A DNA stretch of 64,000 nucleotides from NCBI RefSeq assembly GCF_009914755.1, contig NC_060940.1. One strand, 5' to 3'. The position numbers and the translations under genes were made by a program. Positions 56,562-64,000 of the stretch are shown piece by piece (position 1 is the first letter of the stretch; the number at the start of each line of letters is the position of its first letter). The stretch is from the human T2T-CHM13v2.0 reference genome, Homo sapiens. Below the pieces are notes generated by a model. That model worked only from the letters and a program-made list of their open reading frames with translations. It was not told where the DNA came from and searched no databases.

Positions 56562-57237
56562 CTTCTCTGGAATTTCTTATGGCAGTTCTAAAGGTCTTCT
56601 CTGGAATTTCTACTGTATTTGTCCAATTAGACACATTAAGGAGCTTTTGGAATAAGGAAATAGAGTCACACTGGAAGTGTAAAGGAGTGGAATAATCAAG
56701 AATTATGACAAAATAGGTTTCTACGGAAAAATAAAAACATTTTTTTCAGTTTGGGCCTCTTTGACTATCCTACGTGAAAAAGCCACCTCTCTGCATAACT
56801 GTATCTCATTATCCTGCCACATTTTCCTTCATAATATATATACAGGTTTGTTTGTTTGCTGCCTTCCCTGCTCATTAAGCCCAAGGAAGATCGGAACTTT
56901 GCCCTCCTATTCACTCATTGATGGCATCTAGAAGAAAGCCTATGCTTACTGCTCACTCAATAAAGAACAGTTGAATGATCAGATGATTATTGAAATAAAC
57001 TTCAGAGGTGACCCAAGAGTTGTCCATTTGTACAAACCTCACAGGACTCAAATGCTAGTATAACTAGAATAGCCATAATTTGTCAGAATAAAGTCTGTTT
57101 CTACCAATCTGGTGCCTGGACAAAAGGATAAGAGAGGAGAAAATGCCACTGTTTATTGAGAGTTATCTTAAGGGGGTATCTAGTTGATGTATGGAATGTG
57201 GGTGTCCTGGACAGCAGAGAAAATAATGGATGGCAAG

Positions 57238-57602
57238 TATATCATTCTATTCTCATACTGCTATGAAGAAATACTCAAGACTGGGTAATTTATAAAGAAA
57301 AAGAGGTTTAATGGGCTGACAGTTCCACATGACTGGGGAGACATCCACAATCTTGGCAGAAGGTGAAGGAGGAACTAAGGCAGGTCTTACATGGTGGTGG
57401 GCAAGAGAGTCTGTGAAGGGGAACTGTCCTTTATAATACCATCAGATCTTGTGAAACTTATTCACAATCACTAGAAAAGCACCAGAAAAACCTGTCCCTG
57501 TGATTTAATTACCTCCCACAAGCTCTCTCCCACAATACATGGGGAATATGGGAGCTACAATTCAAGGTGATATTTGGGTGGGGACATGGCCAAACCATAT
57601 CA
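57238..57602 (-). mobile_element. THE1 (THE1C-like) solo LTR
   Basis: Ends CCAAACCATATCA; 365 bp; perfect 5-bp TSD GCAAG at 57233-57237 and 57603-57607. Confidence 0.93.
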
Positions 57603-58324
57603 GCAAGTATAGGCAATAGTTGAAAAACAAATTATCACCTCTTTTTAATCTTCCTCCTCTAAATAAGAAATGTTTAACTGGACTCATAGGATGTCTCAGT
57701 CTTCCTCCTTTTTCCAGTCTCTACCTTTCTACTACAAATGAAAATAAATGGGTAAATTTCAGAATATTCAGAATATTTTAGGTATAGTAGGTGACAGCCC
57801 CAAGTAGTACAGTTTAAAAGGCAATAATCAGTCACACACATATGGGTACACTTTAGACTAAACTTTTCCAAATATATGATTTTAAAAAATATTTTAAAGA
57901 CATATTTCACAACTTCTAAATTTACCTGTTTAACTCAATATGTATCTATGGATTGAGGGACTGACTTTGGGAATGGTTATGCTATCTTACTCAGGAAATT
58001 CAAAATCATTTCTAATATAAGCAACATCTTTAGTTTCCTGTCCTGTAGCTGAAATTTACCAAAATGAAGCACTTCGAGATGCAGCTAAAATTTTTAATAT
58101 ATTTTTCAGGAAAGAAAGAAAGTTAAGTAAGTTTATATTATTTAATATAAAAAGAGATGTTATTTGCACATAAGTAAATGTTTTTCTTGATACATATTAT
58201 TTTAAAAACAATATTAATTAATGTATGATATATGATATAAATGTGGTATTTATGTCTATATTTCATGGAGTAGTAATTAAACCACTATTTCTACGTGACT
58301 AATTTTTTTAGTCCCTGTAAAATA

Positions 58325-58801
58325 CACATATACTCAACCCTAGCACTATTCACACTCCAGGTGAGATGTGGCCCACTTTGGGAGGCTCTCCTATACGTGG
58401 TGGGATGTTTACCAGCACTGCTGTCCTCTACCCCCTAGATACAAGTTGCATCTAACCCTAAGTTGTGACAAACAAAAAGATACCCAGAGATTGTCAAATG
58501 TCAGCTGCAGGGTTGGGGGGGTGGGGTGGGGTGAAGTGGGCAGGGTGGGGGGTGGGAGTGGTGGGGGGGGGTGAAGTGGGCAGGGTGGGGGGTGGGAGTG
58601 GTGGGGTGGGGTGAAGTGGGCAGGGTGGGGGGTGGGAGTGGTGGGGGGGGGTGAAGTGGGCAGGGTGGGGGGGTGGGGGGTGGGGTGTGGGAGTGGTGGA
58701 GGGGGTGGGGGTGGGGGGGTCGGAGTGGTGGAGGGGGTGGGGGTGGGGGGGTCGGAGTGGTGGTGGGGGCCAGCAAAATTACCCCAGGTTGAGAACCACT
58801 G
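58325..58801. mobile_element. MER20 interrupted by a G-rich minisatellite
   Basis: CTCAACCCTAGCACTATT...AGTTGTGACAAACAAAAA...GTCAAATGTC, then the repeat, then GCAAAATTACCCCAGGTTGAGAACCACTG. Confidence 0.88.
58510..58769 (+). repeat. G-rich VNTR (40-bp and 32-bp units)
   Basis: 40-mers start at 58531, 58571, 58611 and 58651 (partial); 32-mers at 58690 and 58722. Confidence 0.95.
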
Positions 58802-59803
58802 CAACAGAAAAATGTTTCTCAGAGTCCCAGAGACAGAGTGTCTGTTTAAATTTGAAGATATCTGGTCCTTCTCAAAATTAATTATATTAGAATATTTAAG
58901 GATTCTGGGAATCGGAATTTTCACAAGCATGCTTGATGATATTGAGGAAATTGTAACTTTAATATGCAAATACATGAGATAATCACAAAACTCATTCCTG
59001 AGGAAGAGTGAGGACAATGATTCTGTGAGTTTAACATATATTTTTGTGATTTGCAGATGCACTGAGTAATAAAAAACATACTTGCAACTGAAAGGTATGT
59101 TTTGTTAGATTTGCAGTAGGTAATTAATATCACTGCATAAGAATTGTATTGCTACGTGAAATGACAATTATTTCTATAGTTCTGGGCACATCTTTAGTCT
59201 AAACACTAAATGCGTAGTAGTAAATGTTAGTCTTTTCTCTTCTTCCTTCTCTAAGTATTTCCATCTTGAAAAAAAAATGGAAAGAAAACTATCTTTCCTG
59301 TTATACAAGAAAGCAGATTAAAAAGGAGCTTGTGATAATGCTTTGGAAAACACAAATGTTACTTATGCTAATGGGCCATTATTATTATCTGTATCATGAG
59401 TATTTTTTTAAGATAATAGTCAAATTCCTGTTCTTCCTCTTTCCTTATGAGCTGCCTCCACACATAGTCCAGCTGTGGCATATGGTCAATTCTTGATTGT
59501 CTGTGAATGGATTAGCCGCCTTGTCGATTACCCATGTGCACTGGGAGCTGACTCATTATCTAGCTGAACAGCTGCTAACACATCTGTCTTCTCCCACTCA
59601 CCATGGGATCCCCACAGAGGCTTTCCCCTTTTACCAGCTCATACAACTCTGATCATTTGCATTTTCCTCTGAAATAACCCAGCTTAACAGAGCTGCAGCC
59701 TAAGGGTTTGTGGGGGAAGGAAGTAGAAAGGAAGTAAGTCATCAAGCACATTTCCAAATTTTATCTACTCTTCATAAAGAGTCCCATAGAAATTGGCCCC
59801 CTA

Positions 59804-60820
<1,017 letters not shown>

Positions 60821-62034
60821 CTCCTCTAACATAGCAACTTACACCCTGTTATTTTTGTTGTTTAAGAATTAGATTCTTCTCTGGCAGGAAAATGGGAGTA
60901 AAGGCCCAGTGCCATGGGCATCTCTCCTTTATTTAACAAGCACATGTTATGTCAGACTCTATTCCAGACAAGGCTAATTTGTAGTTAAGCATACTATACT
61001 TCCTGAACTCCTAGAATATATAAAGTACAGGATGGAGACAGGTGTTAGGGTTGAATAGCTAAGTAAGTAAATAAGAAGGATACACATAGTGAAAAGTACT
61101 AATGCAGATAAAATATATAACAAGGTCATATACCAGGCAAATGTGACCTAATCAGGGAGAAGGGAGGCAAAAAGGAGAGTGGCTGGACTTTATTTCCCAA
61201 CTCTCCAGTGAAATATCTTGGTATCTCTTGGGTATATACCATATCAAAACTCAGCAATATGACAGAACACAAAACATGGCTATAGGTAAAATCCATTATA
61301 TAAATTGTGAAGGCTTTAAGCTTCCCTGTGCTCTGGGATCCCAGGTTTTTAAACAAAAGTTTAACCAATTAGGAAATTAAACCAACAACAAAAACAAGAG
61401 AGTAAGTTCTTTATCAGATAAGATTCTGACTCAAGTTTCCAACCATTTGATTATTGCTTTGCCTCAAGATAATGACAAAAAGAGTCATTGACTCAATTTG
61501 CACTTTTGAGCCATCTGCATTTGTGTTCCTTCTCATTGGTGTCTAGCAGCAAGAGCGTATTTGATAAATAATAAATTCAATGAATCTCTACGATTCCAAA
61601 CACTGTGAGGGAAGGCAAAATAAGAAAAAAAAAAAAAGCTTCATCCTTCAGAAATTAATACTATGGAAAAACCTATCATCCAAAAGATTTATGTATTCTA
61701 TAAGTTTATTAAACACCAATTTAAGGACTTATTACTAGGTGCTATAATAGATAGCAAATAATATCAGATACTGTCACTGATGTCACACTATATCTTTTCT
61801 TTCTTATTGAAAGGATTAAGATAATGTATCAGATAATTTCATTCCAGGTCGCTTTCCCATTACATAGTAACCATTTTTAGCCAAAGTTGTACTTTGAACT
61901 TGTACTCATATATCCTTTCTCTTACGATTTTTGAAATTTTTTTCTATTTACTTTTTTTCTATTATTCCTATTAACAATATTAAAGATGATTTTTATCTAT
62001 ACACTTCTGCAACCTTTATAGGACTAAAGAAGTG

Positions 62035-62260
62035 TTGTAGGTTATGGGTGATGTCATAGACTCTGGATTCAAAAATGCATGGAAACTAAATCTATATCTA
62101 ACTATTTGACCAAATATATAGTTTCACTCTCTATGCCTACATTTTAGCATCTGTAAAATAGGACTAGTAATATGTTTTACCTTATATTGCTCTTTTAAGA
62201 ATTAAGTAGTAAAAGTGCTCAGCGTAGTGTATTGTCCATATTAAACACTCAGCAAAAATA
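62035..62260 (+). mobile_element. MIR
   Basis: AGACTCTGGA...CATCTGTAAAATAGG...AAAGTGCTCAGC. Confidence 0.7.
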
Positions 62261-62499
62261 ATTTCATAAAATTACAACAACTTTATTTTGCTCGAAAAAC
62301 CTCCTTCGGGTAAATGCAGTTTTCTTATCCCCATTTTGTAGAAGATGAAAGTTGAGACATTATATTGTTTGGCTATGGCCACATAGTAAGTTGAATAGTT
62401 GGTATTCAAGTCCCAAACTTCTGATTTCATACCCAGATATAACTTTATAGTTATTGAGATTTATTATTTTTCTAAAAATTTCTCATCTTAATTCTATGA

Positions 62500-63250
62500 T
62501 TAGAAATAATTTAGGATCAATTCATTTTTCCTCTCTTTCACTCATTCCTCACATCAATGCAATAAAGCCTATTAGTTCTTGCTCCAAAATATATTATGAA
62601 ACTATTCCCCATCTATGTTCCTGGATACCATTTGGTCCAAGGCATTATTCCCTCACAAGTGGATGGCAGCAAGAGTCAACTTAATCATCTCATGTTGGCA
62701 CCCCCTCCACCTTTTCCAAGTATTACAGAATACAAATCCCTTCTTGTGGTCTATCAAGGCTGACACAATATTGCTCTGTCTACTCCTCCTCTTCACCTCT
62801 AAAGACCCCTTTCTCTGAGTTAGTAGCCTCAGATTCTTTGGCCTTCTGTCCAAAGTCATCTCAGGAGCTTCCTCTGCCTATTCCCTCTGTCTGGAATGAC
62901 CTTAGCTCCCAAACCAATGCTTCTTATGACTAGATCATACCTGAAATTCAGAAATAAACTTAAAATCATCTCTAGCATGGGCTGCTTCTGTCCATGACTA
63001 AAAATTCCAAATGATTCTGCACTCCCCCAACTCCAGTTGCATGCTTCTGTTTTACTTTGTTTTATAATACATTCTACTGTAGAAAACTACTTCTTTTGAT
63101 CATTTGGTCAATAATTATTCCTTGTCTTCTTCCACTAAAATATAAGTGCTAGAAAATTCATATACCTTGTTCATTACTGAATGCTCATTATGTAGAAAAA
63201 TATGAGGCATAGAATAGGCTTCCAATTAATACTTCCAGAATAATGAATTA
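62500..63250 (+). mobile_element. L2 3' region
   Basis: TTCCCTCTGTCTGGAATG, CCACTAAAATATAAG, TTGTTCATTACTG, GGCATAGAATAGG. Confidence 0.6.
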
Positions 63251-63429
63251 ACTATACTCCCTGAAGTTTTGTTGAACTTAAGAGTGCACATAAGAGTACA
63301 CATGTTCTAGCAAACTTGGCATTTCCGAGGAATAGGATATCCATTTAAACGTCTCTCACAATAGAGGCAGAAGGTCAATGGAGAGAAAAAGGCATTAGCA
63401 GAATGATATTAGTAAATAATATTGCTTAC

Positions 63430-63660
63430 AATAACAGCAATAACAATGGATTGAATGTATAGTAATTACCCAACTAAGTTTAAGGAAAATTTACATATAT
63501 TCTATCACTTAATTATTTCAACAAAGTTAGAGGAAGATGTTACTGTTCCCATTTTACAGACAAAAAAATTGAGGCCCAAAAAAGCTATATCCCAAAGTTA
63601 TCCTCTCCCCAAGTGATAGAGACAATATTTGTACCTAGGTGTATCCGTCTCCAAAGACAT
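63430..63660 (-). mobile_element. MIR
   Basis: CCCATTTTACAGA...TGAGGCCCA core. Confidence 0.7.
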
Positions 63661-64000
63661 TATTTGTAAAGACTCTTCCATAGAGCAATTTGCTTTATTC
63701 TCACTGCCTGTTATTTTCAATGACAAATAACCTAGCTAATTCCATCAAGGAGGAAGAAAAACTGCTACATTATTCATCGGCAACACATATGCTTTTGAAA
63801 ACTGGTAGACATGGTTCTCAGTCTATCAAAACACACTGAAGTCTTTATTATCCTTACAGTTTTAAAGTCTAGTATAGTCACTGAAAGATTTAGGTTTTGT
63901 TTTTCTACAAGGCCTCATCTGAGGGAAGACAAAGAAACTGAAAGCAAATGTGTTAACACTGTGATCACTCCACATTCAGACACTCCGACGGGAACAGAGG

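Noticed and set aside
58409-59062. 217-aa proline-rich ORF, the longest in the window
   Set aside because: Open only because the C-rich VNTR strand lacks stops; runs through a MER20.

Overview
Primate (most likely human or other hominoid) AT-rich genomic DNA, intronic or intergenic; I cannot identify the locus. No protein-coding exon, RNA gene, CpG island or CRISPR array can be supported. The long ORFs come from L1 ORF2, THE1-int, ERVL pol, Alu or low-complexity sequence. Content: 17 Alus plus a FLAM, six L1 3' fragments (L1PA2/3 to L1MA age), a near full-length THE1 provirus, solo MaLR LTRs, an orphan ERVL pol fragment, DNA-transposon fossils (MER33, MER5, MER20, MER2), many MIR/L2 relics and simple repeats. 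I found no new biological system. The best sequence-supported observations concern genome dynamics: a probable L1 3' transduction, a 626-bp pure-A/T palindromic expansion of an Alu tail, a target site used twice by Alus, a twin-primed 5'-inverted old L1, a G-rich minisatellite born inside a MER20, and a template-switch hairpin in a MIR. Several repeat-free, motif-rich stretches are candidate enhancers. Subfamily calls are from recalled consensus sequences, and old-repeat boundaries are approximate.
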